Below are positions 1-10,600 of a stretch of DNA of 64,000 bases, in pieces; within the stretch, counting starts at the first letter, position 1, and each line of letters opens with the position of its first letter. Origin of the DNA: Candidatus Hydrogenedentes bacterium UBA6118 (GTDB lineage Bacteria > Hydrogenedentota > Hydrogenedentia > Hydrogenedentales > SLHB01); NCBI GenBank assembly GCA_002422525.1, contig DIWA01000063.1, forward strand, positions 9,920 through 73,919, read 5' to 3'. The notes under the pieces are model-generated. The model did not search any database. It had not been told where the DNA came from and was given only the letters and a program-made list of their open reading frames with translations. The position numbers and the translations under genes were made by a program.

Positions 1-3000
1 TAGAAGCGGAGCTGCACCCGGTCGTCGAAGTTGCGGCCGAAGACCGTGAAGTACACCGAGTCCGCCGCACTCGGCGCCTCGCCCGCGGCCGGGTCGGCCG
101 CGCCTGCGTCGCTCGCCTCGCGCGAGACGAAGTTCGGGCGCACCTCCGTGATCACGGGCGGCCCGTCGGACACGTAGGTGTAGGCCAGCTCGTCCGGCAG
201 ATGGATCTCCAACACGTGGTCCGGGAACGCGGCGTCGTCGACGACAAGCGTCACGGGCACACGCCCGGCCAGGCCGCCGAGCGCCGGCGGCGTCACCACC
301 AGCAGCGATCCCGGCTCGCTGTCGCCCACGGGCACGTCCGGCGCGATATAGTCGAGGCCGTCGCGCGCCGTGTAGGTCTCGCCGATCTCCAGCACGCGGC
401 CCTCGACATCGCCGAACCGCACCGCCGGCAGCACGCCGCCGCGGTTGAACCCGGCGCCGTCAAGCTGCACCAGGTCGCCGCCGTCCACCACGCCGTAGCG
501 CGCGTCCGGCACGCCGGCCGCCGCCAGGTCCGCCCGGAACAGGTCCGTCACCTCCGGCGCCACGTAGCTCGGGACGAGCACGATCGCGCCCTCCAGCCGA
601 TGCGCCAACGGATTCCCGTCTTCATCCAGCGCCGGCTGGTGCGAACCGTCGTCGTGAAACACCTCAACGTCCAGCGGCACGTTGTGGTTGGCCGCCAGAC
701 CGAGGACCGGGTCCGGCTCGAGGTCCTGCACCACGAAGTCTATCCGCGACGGGGGCGACACGGCGTAGTCGGCCACGTGCGTGCCGCTCAACAGCGGCAC
801 CGCCGTCTCCGTGCCCGTGTCGTCCTGCGCCCAGACGCGCACCCGCGTGCCGTCCTCGAGAAGCTGGTACAACTGCACCGCATCCACCACCGTGCCGAAG
901 TTCGACGGGTAGTATTCGTCCGGATGCGCGAGTCGGATGGTCGTATTCGGATCCGTCGCCGTGAAGGCCATCGACCGGATCGTCCAGCGCATGTTATTGG
1001 GCAAAGTCCTCCCGGACGGTCGCGCGAACTCAACCGTCTGACCGCCGCCGGCGCTCGCATACGCGATCACGCGGCCGAAGCGCGCGTCCGTCACGTTCAA
1101 TTCGGGATGGACGCCGTGGGCGAACACCAGCTCGTAGCGGCCGCCGGGCGTCGTCGCCACGGACTGCTCGACCGAACCCACGTCATCGTAGCGCGGTATC
1201 AGGTGGACAAAGCGGTCCCCATCGTATGCCGGCGCGTCGTCCGCGACGACGTACTGGATGCCGTCCAAGCCGATGTCCCAGCCGGGCAACGCCGTGGATC
1301 CGGGCGGGAGCTCGGTCGTCGTCGCGGGCCCGTCCTCGAAGCTCGCGTTGTCCAGGGGTTCCGGGACGCGTACGAGCGACGATCCCGGCGGGATGAAGTC
1401 GGACCCGAGCAGGGTCACATCGATGCCGCCGTTCAGCGGGATCAGGCGCGGCGACACGGACCACAGCCGCGGCGGCGCAAGGACGTCGTCCGCATCCGTC
1501 CGCGGGACCCAAATCGCGCCCTCGCTCACCCAGTAGGCCGGCTCACCGCTCTGGTTATACGTCGATTCCTCGGGCAAGAGGAGCAGGACGTCCAGCGTGC
1601 CGAACTTGCCGGACGGCAGCGCCTGCGAGACGTTGAAGTAGACATCCGACTCGCCGATCCACGGCGCCGGGCCCACTTGCGTGATCTCCTCCGGATCAAC
1701 CTCATGCCCCCCGACAAACAGGCGCATATCCGTTGTGCCGAGCCAGTTCCGCACGCGCATGCGGTATTCGAAGTCCTGGTACGCGGCCGGCGTGCCTCCC
1801 GGAACCGTCGCGTCGCGGTGCACGCCCGCGATCGAGTCGACCTGCAAGATCTCGAAGTAGAGCGACTCGCCGGACTGAATGGTCTGGTTCGCCGGCCGGT
1901 TGGCCGCGTAGATCATCGCCGCCGAGACGGTCTTGACGTCGCCCGCGGCGTCGGTCGGGTTCCCCTCGACATCGAGCGCGTTGCGGACCTCCACCTCGAG
2001 GATGCGCGGCTCCGTCCCGAACACGTTCGAGAAGCCGGGGCCGTAGTCGCCCGGAAGCAGCGGAACGTCCAGGTCGATGCCCCGCTGCGTGTGGCCGCGA
2101 TGCTCCTCCACGACCTCCGTCGGCATCACGATGCCGTCGCCCGCCGCATCGACGATCTTCTCCCCGCCGGACGCCGGCTGGCGGAACGTGATCGCGAGGC
2201 CCGTGTCGAACCCGGCGCCCAGCAGCGTGCGCGGTTGCGGATCCGGCGCGACAGGGTAGACCGTAGTCCCGATGGTTACGAAGTTCGACGGCCGCCACAC
2301 CGCCGCGACGTCGAGCAGCTCGCCGCCGGCGCCGACCAGACGCCCTCCATCGAGCCCGGGCGCGCTGTCCGCGTAATAGGTGAACCCGTTGGCCAGCACG
2401 TCACGCTCGCCGTCGTAGTTGATCACTTCCACGTCGTAGGCGCCTGCCGCGCCGAACTCGGCGACCGGAATCACGACGTCGCGAATCTCGTCATAGGAGT
2501 CGCCGGCGGGGTTATCGGGTCCCTGGCGCAGCTCGGCGTAGGGGCAGACGATCCCGCCGATCTTGACGATCACCGGATGGGGTTCGCCCCCGTCAAAGGC
2601 GCCCGGGCCGATGTTCCAGCCCACGATGTCCGCCGTGAACGCGCGGTCCGCCGGATCCGCCTCCGGGTCCGCGTCGCCGGGCGTACCGCCCAGATCGCGG
2701 TAGTAGTTGGGCGAGATCTCGACCACGTCCAGCCGCGGCCCCTCGGTCGGGTCGACGTATTGATACTCCTTGAGCGGTCCCGCGGGACTGGTCGCCGACG
2801 GCGGGCCGGGGTTCACCACGAGCACGTCGATCTTGTCGGTGGGCGTCGTGCGGACCGGGGCCTGCACATACAGCTTACTGGACGACAGCCAGAGCACGCG
2901 ACCGCTCTCCTCATCGGGATCGGGCGCTTCGTCGCCGTTGAAATCGAAGTAGACCCGCGCGTCGCGCTCGAACCCGGATCCGATGATCGTGGTCCAGTTG

Positions 3001-4484
3001 CCGCCGCGCTGTTCGGGGTCGATCACATCGGTGTCCGTCCAAACCGGTCCCGTTTCCGGGATCGCCGCCGCCACCTGCGGCACGGTCGACGCGGATCCGG
3101 TGTACGTGAAACCGAGCGGAACCATGAACGCCAGACCGTCGTCGCGGATCAGATGCACGTTAACCGGGCCGGGCTTCGCCAGGTAAGACGCCGGCGCGGT
3201 CACCTCGATCATGTCGACCGTGCTGTTCGCCGCATTCACGGTCGCGGCCGTCTCCGCCCGCGAAGTGGGCCCGAAAAAGACGCGCACGGCGCCGACCGCC
3301 GCGTCATTGGTCGCGAGGTTGTTCCCGTGGATCCGCACCACGGTCGGCACGTTGTAGATCCCGTTGTCGGGCTCGAGGACGATCTCCTCGTCCGCCCACA
3401 CCAGACCGCCTTCCTCCGCGAACGGCGGGGCATCATCATCGGCGGGCTCGGCCGGATCGCGGCCGTCGCCGTTCCCGTAGACGATGGTGTTGCGCACGCG
3501 CGCGTTGGCGCCCGTCTCCACGTAGACGCCGTAGTCCTGGTTCAGCAGCACCGTACAGAAGAGAATGTCGGTGAACAGCCCGGCATCCGGATCCGCCGGC
3601 GTCTGGACCCACACGCCCGCCTTGCTCGAATACTGCTTGTCCAGCCAGCGCTCCATCCAGGGAGGCGTCTCGTCGTCCTCGCCGAGGCCGAAGTCCTCCG
3701 GCAAGGCGTTGCTGTAGCCGCCGATCACGCAGTTCACCAGCAACGGCGCCGCGTTGCCTTCCACCAGCACGCCCGCGCTGGCGCCGCCGGGCAGCATCAG
3801 CGCCTGCGACGCCCCGAGGATGATGCATCGGCTCAGCGTGGGTCGGATCGCGGGCTCGCCTTCCTCGCTGCCCTGGATCCGCACCCGGTACGGCCCGTTG
3901 CGGATCGTCAGCCCTTCGATGAGCACGTTGCTCAGTCGTTCCTCGAACGTCGCCGCGCTGTCCTCGGCGCCGGGGGTATAGCGGTAGTACATCCACGGGT
4001 CGGAGGCGCCGTCAGGCGCGCGCTCCGTATGGATCTCAAACACGCCGCTGCTGTCGTCGACCCCGCCGCCGTCCACGGTCACCATCCACGGGCGCCCCAC
4101 GGCGCGCTCGTCCTCCTGATCGTCAGGCGTCAGGCCGATCACATGGATGTTCGCGTCGCCGGGGATGCGGATCGGAGCCGTCTCCGTGTACTCGCCCTGC
4201 TCCACCCACACCGCCACGCGCTCGCCCGTCTGATAGGCTTCCTCGAGCGCCATCTCGACGCCCTCGCGAACCGTGGCGGCGTCCGCGGCGGCATTGTCAT
4301 CGCTCACGACAACCGTGTTCGGGGGAATGACCGGCGGCAACTGGGCCGCGGCGAACGGACTGAACGCGCAAAGCAACGCGGCCAGCGCCGAAACGGTCGC
4401 GAACGCGCCGCGGCGGGACGCGGCACGCTCCACGCTGAGATGGCGCCCTCCGGTCCTGAATCGTTCCCAGAGTCGATGCCGCAT
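1..4484 (-). CDS. Giant secreted protein (>1494 aa, runs off the left edge): N-terminal right-handed parallel beta-helix-like region, multiple IPT/TIG-like repeats, and a DUF642/choice-of-anchor-C-like domain
   Basis: Not in the ORF track because there is no stop inside the window. Translated by hand from ATG at 4484 (AGGAG 9 nt upstream; alternative in-frame ATG at 4493): MRHRLWERF...SRRGAFATVSALAALLCAFSPFAAA|QLPP. Beta-helix-like rungs include SNVLIEGLTIRNG, PTLSRCIILG, PLLVNCVIG, YGVYV and VRNTIVYGN. Seven IPT/TIG-like G-x-x-F/L motifs (VVRIHGNNL, WTTIIGSGF, TADIVGWNI, RTLLGAGF, DVTLLGSDF, LVQLDGAGF, YFTVFGRNF). NASFEDG...GWDIG...VEQSVATTPGGRYELVF...MRWT..AFTAT..TTIRL...VDAV lies at ~862-1349. 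The frame read open wherever checked, down to base 3. Confidence 0.85.
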   Translation of the reverse strand, partial: MRHRLWERFRTGGRHLSVERAASRRGAFATVSALAALLCAFSPFAAAQLPPVIPPNTVVVSDDNAAADAATVREGVEMALEEAYQTGERVAVWVEQGEYTETAPIRIPGDANIHVIGLTPDDQEDERAVGRPWMVTVDGGGVDDSSGVFEIHTERAPDGASDPWMYYRYTPGAEDSAATFEERLSNVLIEGLTIRNGPYRVRIQGSEEGEPAIRPTLSRCIILGASQALMLPGGASAGVLVEGNAAPLLVNCVIGGYSNALPEDFGLGEDDETPPWMERWLDKQYSSKAGVWVQTPADPDAGLFTDILFCTVLLNQDYGVYVETGANARVRNTIVYGNGDGRDPAEPADDDAPPFAEEGGLVWADEEIVLEPDNGIYNVPTVVRIHGNNLATNDAAVGAVRVFFGPTSRAETAATVNAANSTVDMIEVTAPASYLAKPGPVNVHLIRDDGLAFMVPLGFTYTGSASTVPQVAAAIPETGPVWTDTDVIDPEQRGGNWTTIIGSGFERDARVYFDFNGDEAPDPDEESGRVLWLSSSKLYVQAPVRTTPTDKIDVLVVNPGPPSATSPAGPLKEYQYVDPTEGPRLDVVEISPNYYRDLGGTPGDADPEADPADRAFTADIVGWNIGPGAFDGGEPHPVIVKIGGIVCPYAELRQGPDNPAGDSYDEIRDVVIPVAEFGAAGAYDVEVINYDGERDVLANGFTYYADSAPGLDGGRLVGAGGELLDVAAVWRPSNFVTIGTTVYPVAPDPQPRTLLGAGFDTGLAITFRQPASGGEKIVDAAGDGIVMPTEVVEEHRGHTQRGIDLDVPLLPGDYGPGFSNVFGTEPRILEVEVRNALDVEGNPTDAAGDVKTVSAAMIYAANRPANQTIQSGESLYFEILQVDSIAGVHRDATVPGGTPAAYQDFEYRMRVRNWLGTTDMRLFVGGHEVDPEEITQVGPAPWIGESDVYFNVSQALPSGKFGTLDVLLLLPEESTYNQSGEPAYWVSEGAIWVPRTDADDVLAPPRLWSVSPRLIPLNGGIDVTLLGSDFIPPGSSLVRVPEPLDNASFEDGPATTTELPPGSTALPGWDIGLDGIQYVVADDAPAYDGDRFVHLIPRYDDVGSVEQSVATTPGGRYELVFAHGVHPELNVTDARFGRVIAYASAGGGQTVEFARPSGRTLPNNMRWTIRSMAFTATDPNTTIRLAHPDEYYPSNFGTVVDAVQLYQLLEDGTRVRVWAQDDTGTETAVPLLSGTHVADYAVSPPSRIDFVVQDLEPDPVLGLAANHNVPLDVEVFHDDGSHQPALDEDGNPLAHRLEGAIVLVPSYVAPEVTDLFRADLAAAGVPDARYGVVDGGDLVQLDGAGFNRGGVLPAVRFGDVEGRVLEIGETYTARDGLDYIAPDVPVGDSEPGSLLVVTPPALGGLAGRVPVTLVVDDAAFPDHVLEIHLPDELAYTYVSDGPPVITEVRPNFVSREASDAGAADPAAGEAPSAADSVYFTVFGRNFDDRVQLRF

Positions 4485-4647
4485 ATCGTTCATCTCCTGT
4501 CCCGCTCAGCCCCGATGCGCGCGGGTTGTGTATCCGTATGTCCGCCCCGCCGTCTCCCGCTCCGCGGGAAGGCATCGGGCGGCCCGGCGTCTATGTTGCG
4601 GGCGAGCCGCGACGCGCAGCGACTGCACGGGCCCGCCGCCTCGCCAT

Positions 4648-7600
4648 CTATCGCTCGTAGACCGTCCGGATCTTCTTCTCGCCCGTCACGACGAAGCGGT
4701 TGCGCCAGTCCACCACCCGGACCGGCGTCCCCGCCGCGTCCTCGACATCCAGCACGGCGTCGTTCGTCACATAGCCGGACTGACCCAGCACGATCACCTC
4801 GAAAACGTCCGAATGCGTCGTGACCAGGTTCGACAACCGCGTGAACCGCTGGATCTTCTCGTCATACACGATGGGCGCCATCGGGTCGGTCTCGTCGGGC
4901 CACTCCGTCGGCTCGACCCAGTCCACCGGCCACAGGTGACTCAACCGGCCCGTGCGGAGGATGAAGGTCGGATCGACCAGCGGCTCGGTCGGGTCGGCGG
5001 CCAAGGCCCCGAGACCGCGCGTCAGCAGCTCGGCCGCGTTGCGGTAGTATCGGCCGTCGTAATGCGCCGGCGCGGAGCTCTCGATGCCGGCGGCCACCCC
5101 CTGCGCGTCCACATAGAACGCCTCGGACGGACTGATGCCGTCGAGTTCGCCGGGAAAACTCAGGACCAGTCGCGGCGGGTCGCCGACTTCATCGACCACC
5201 GTCCGCGCACGCATCAGCGCGCCCGGCGCGCCGACCAACGGGTTCAGCGGCTTCGTGCCGCCATCGTAGTCCAGGATGGCCGTGGCCGCCGTGTTGACGT
5301 TGACCTTGCCCGGCGTGCGTCGGCTCGACGTCAGGATCACCCGCGAGAACCGGTTCAGCCGGCCGCCCTGCGCCCAGTTCCGCAGCAGCAGCGCGAGGTA
5401 GTTGTTCTCAACCGTCACCTGACCGTAGTAGACCAGCCCCTCGGTGGACGGCTCCGGCGCCACCTGAAGCCCGAACGACTCCTGCGGCGCGAGCGGATCG
5501 CCCGTGATGCCGCGGTTCATCAGCGCCGGCGCGGGCGCGTCCGCACCCGACCAGCACCGACGGTTGCCGTCGCGGTCCGTGAAGAACTCGACCGTGATGC
5601 CCATCTCTTCGGGACGCACCCGCTGTTCGATCAGCGTCTTCGGGTCGAACCGGTCGTCATGCGCCGCGGCCGTGGCGAACAGATCGCCCACGCGATCCGC
5701 GTCGATCCCCGCCAGCCGCTCGTACACGTCATCCAGCCGGCTCAGGTCGTCCATCGTCACCACGTAGACGTCGTAGGCCCCGTTCTCGAGCCCGTCGTCG
5801 CCGTCCCACACGAACAACGCCTCGGCCGGGGGCATGTCGTCCGGCATGCTCCACAGATCGACGTCGTTCGGATCCACATACGAGCCGTCCTCCTGCGTGG
5901 GCTGGAAGTCCTGCGGGTTCATCGACACGTACATCACCGTGCGCCGCAACAGCGACCACCGCGCGCGCAAGGCCGCGTAGTAGTCCGTCACCCCGCCCGG
6001 CGTCGTCGGATAGCCCGGTGGGAGCAACCGCGGCGAGTCATAGGGGTCGGCGGGGGGATCCCGTTCGAGCCGCGGACGGAACAGGAAGTTGAGCTGCACC
6101 GGCACGTCCATCGCCGCGGTCGGGTCGACCTCCGCCAACGGCTGCACCGAGCCCATCGCGTACGTGTCCTCCAGCCCCGGATCCGTCACAAGCGGGTCGT
6201 CGGGCAAGGGGAACAGGAAGATCGGCGTCCACGCGCGCGGCCGCACGTTCGGGTCGCCCGGCGTGGTCACGTCGTACCACTCGATGAACTCGGTGTACTC
6301 CGCTTCGGTGTATGCGGCGGGGTCCGGCCACAGCGGGTAGAAGTCCGCCTGCCCCGCCGTCAGGGTCAGCGTCGCGTGCGTACCCGATTCGATCAGCTTC
6401 TCGAGCTCGCGCACCGAGTCGTCCACGCCCGCATCGAACAGCACGCCGTTGCGACCCATCAGCACCTTGTCCAGCCGCTCGACGGCCGCCGCGTCGGCGC
6501 CGAGAAGCGCCGTCATGCCGAACTGGTGCAACGTCGCGAGCTGGCCCGGCGTCGTATACGGCCGGTTGCGCACGTTCGCGCGCGGATGTTGCCACGCCAG
6601 CACGTCGTTCTCGATGCGCGTCGCCGTGATGTCCCCGGTCTCCACCGTGCGGTGGAGGAAGTTCATCCGGCCCGGCGTGCCCGACAGGCCATGGGTCAGG
6701 TCCGCCCGGATAACGTCGGCGTCGACGGGGTCGGGCTGGTACCAGACGCCGTCGCCGAAGTAGAACGGCCCTTGCCCGCCGTCCCACTCGTCATAGGCGC
6801 CGTCGGTCGCCTCCCACCGGTTCGTCGTGCCGGCGAGGTCGCCGTGGTACAGCGGGTGCTTGCGCTCGAGCGACCGATAGAAGTCGATCCCCATCGTGTT
6901 TTCAGGCCACATGCGCAGATTCGCCGGATCCAGCGCCGCCTCGCCGTTCTCGTTCACGTAGGGGCAGATCACGCCGTCGTCCAGCGCCCGGTTCTCGACA
7001 TCGAGCTGGGTGTAGGTGACCCGGTCAACGACGCGCGCCTCCGACTGCGGCCCTTCGTACAACGTCACGAACACCGCATCCCCTGGGAAGAACCGCCGCT
7101 CGATGAACCGCTTCCAGTCCGGCGGATCCGCGGCGCCGCCGAGGTAGTCGCCGCTGAGCACTTCGAGGTCGTCGAGCTCGGTACGGAACGCATGGTTGAC
7201 CGGATCAGGGTGATAGGCGCCCGGCACGGCCACGGGCACGCCCGCCCGGCGCGCTTCGAGCAGGTATCGGCCTTCGTCGACCCCTTCGTAGGCCTCGTCG
7301 ACGCCCAGGTTGTCGAAATCCGGGTTGCCGGCGGCGCCAAGATACTCGAACGCGCCGCTGAACTGGTCATAGCGCAGGTACGACGTCCCGGAGTTGTCCA
7401 CGCCGTCGTTGCTCAGCACCGAGTTGTCCAGGTCATTGTCTTCCCAGTCCTCCTCGGGCGCGTTCGGGAACACCCCGCCGTCGAGCACGACGCGCGCGAG
7501 CTGTGCGAGCCGCGCGGAGGGGTTCGTGCCGAGCCGATCGAGCGAGATCTCGCTGAGCTGCACGATCCGGTCCCACGGCTTGCGCGCCTCGGACCCGAAC

Positions 7601-10600
7601 GCCGGTTCGAGGTCCGGTCCGGGGTAGTTCGCCGGCCAGTCGTTCGCCGTCGACTGGATCCGCCACTCCACCGGGAACGGCTCGATGATCTGCTCCAGGT
7701 CTGGGTCGAACCGGAAGTCGTCATTGATGGCGTAGTCCACGCCGCCGACGTTCACAACCACTGGAACGCCGGAGTTGCCCAGCAGCGCATCGCCATCGGC
7801 GTCGAGGAAGTCGACCCACTCGTTCACGCTCGCCAGGCCGGTTTCGGCATCGTGCAGCGGCAGCGCCAACGGCGTCCGGAAGAAGATGCTGTCCCCAAGC
7901 GGCCGGTTGATCAGCAATGGGTCGTCGGCCACGCGGAACGGTCGCACCGGCGGGAATGGGGGCACGGTGATCTGCGCGGCCCGCGTGCCGGCGACGCCGA
8001 ACATGGGGAACATGGCATCGTCATCGGTCGCGGCCAGGCCGATGCCGTTCCTGCGCAGCACGCTCAGCGCCGAGAAGTCGCCGTCGGCCGATGTGCTCTG
8101 GTTGAACTTGTCCGCCCCGACATCGAACTTCGTGACCGCGAGGATCAGCGAACCGCCGGGGGCGATCCGCGTGCCCTCGGGCACGGTGAACAGGCGGTGG
8201 TGGCGCTGGGTCGCCGTGCGGCCCACCTGCAGCCGCCAGTCCGACATGTCGATGTACTGGTCCTCGATCGGGCGCACGGGATCGACCGCGGCGACGTTCA
8301 CCACCTCGACCCACTCGTGGTCCGGCTCCTGGCTGAACTCAAAGTAGTTCACGACGAGGTCATCGTTGAGCGGATCGCCGGTGGTGTATTGGGGATCATC
8401 GCTCTTCCAGACTCCGAGATACAGGTACTCCTGGTCCGCCGGATCCGCCGCATACTCCGGAATCACCACCGTGTACGCGTAGAACTCGTCGCGGTTGCCG
8501 TAGGGCGCCAACCGCCCGTCCAGCGTCGGGTCGGGCTCGGGCAGGGACGGCAGGAACACCATGCCGGTCTCGCGTTGGGCGCCGTCGACGTCAGGCCGCG
8601 TGCCGATGATCGGTCCGTCGCCCGCGTCGCCCTTGTGCACCACATTGCCCGCTTCCATCATCGGCTCATAGTCGTAGCCGACGTCGGGCAGGACGTCCTG
8701 GAAGGCGCCGCCGCCGAGGAAGTCCAGGTAGTTGATCTCGGACCCCGTCACGAACCCCACGGCGTCGCTCAGGATATCTTCGTCCGCCTGGCCGTACTTG
8801 ATCACGTAGTTCAGCTTGTTCTCCTGGCCTTGCAGCATCGTCGTCGTGGCGGCGTCGCCGTTGCGCGTCACGTTGGCCAGCAGATAGTAGCGTCCCGGAG
8901 GCAGACCCGGTCCCGGACCGAACCGGAACTGGATCATGTTCGGCGTCTCGTGCCACTCGTCGCCGAACGCCAGCGGCGTGGGCGGCGGCGCCGCGATCGC
9001 GACCGTCGTCGCGGAGACGTCGTTGATCACGTTATCCGCATCCACGAAGCGCGAGGAGAAGCTGACGTACGATCCCGCGCCCAGGTGATAGGCCTTCGGG
9101 TCGCTGGCATCCTCGCCAGGCATGTAGCGTCGACCGGCGACGGCGATGGAAGGCGCCGCGGGCACGCCGTAGCTCGATCCGGGAGGGAGGGGATCGAGAC
9201 CCGTGTCATTCACCCACACGGGCCGCCCGTCCCAAAGGCTCCGCGCCGGGTCGATGGGCACGGTGTAGTTGTCGAAGGTGTGCAGGTTGCTGGGCCCGTT
9301 GCCCGCCGCGACGATCCGGTCGCGCGGCAACGTCGCCTGCGTCATGTCGAAGTCCAGCTTGCCGTAGTCGTCGACGAACTCCTGCGGCGTGAAGTAGTTC
9401 GGGTTGAACTGCTCGGCGAGGCGATCCTCGAGGATCTCGCCGCCGGGCACGTAGGCCCACCGAAAGAGCTGCGGATCCGGCGGCGCGAGCGTGTTGTACA
9501 TCTCCGCCTCGATCCGGCGGACGGGGCGCGCCATGATCTCGTTGATGCGGATGCTCTCGATGCCCGCGCTGGTGTAGTTGATGCGCCGGTTGACGCCGAG
9601 GCCGACGTCCGCGGCCCAATCATCGCCGGTCGACGACGTCAGCGTGGTCCGCGCGGCGTCCGGGTCGCGGTTGTCGGTGATGTTGACGGCGGTCTGCTGG
9701 ACCCGCAGGACCGGGTCGATCTCGAACGACGTCGGCCCGGACGGCCCGAGCAGCGGCGCGGTCGCGTCGGACTCGAACCGGACGCCTTCGACCCGCAGCC
9801 CCTGAGCGAACCGTTCCGCCGCGGTCAGGGCCGGGTCGGACGCGAACCGCGGCCGATAGCCGAGATCGTTGATGGTCGCCGTGGCGATCTGCGACGGCGT
9901 CGCGAGGTTGTAGTTCAGCTTCAGCCCCGACAACGCCGGCGCGTCGCCTTCAAGATTGTAGCGATAGTTGCGGTCCGCCGAATGCACCGTCAACTCATTG
10001 CGGTTGCGGCTGAACGTGGTCCCGCCGATGCCCGTTACGAGCTTGATCTGTTCGCGCGTGTAGTACTGATGGTCGCCCAGTTCGCCCAGTTCGTCGGTCT
10101 TCGTGTCGCCGAACGGCGCATCGTTGTTCACCCCGTCGCCTTCCGCGACCAAGTTGCGATGCGGCCGGAACTGACGCTGCTCTTCCGGCGCGTCGATGCC
10201 CTCGAACTGCCCCAGCAAGTACTGGTAGCGATCGTCGTAGCCGTCGTCGACATACTCCGAGAACTGGATACCCAGCAGACCATCATCAAGGTCGTGCAGA
10301 AGCTCCCCGGTGTAGGGGTCAATCAGGTACAGACGACCCTTGTCGAAATCGATCTCGCCGTCGCCGTCGAGATCGCCCGCCTTGGGCAGCGCGAACCCTT
10401 CGTCGATCAGGCCGTCGCCGTCGTTGTCGATGCCGTCGTAAGCCATCCAGAACGCGTCGCCGTCGTCATCGACGCGGCCGTACCCCGGCAGGTTCGCGTC
10501 GTAGACATACGGAACGGCCTCGACAGCCGCCAGCCGGTCGTCGTCCGGATAGAAGTAGTCGCCGCCGGTCTGCACGCCGGGCTCGGTTGGGAACGTGCGC

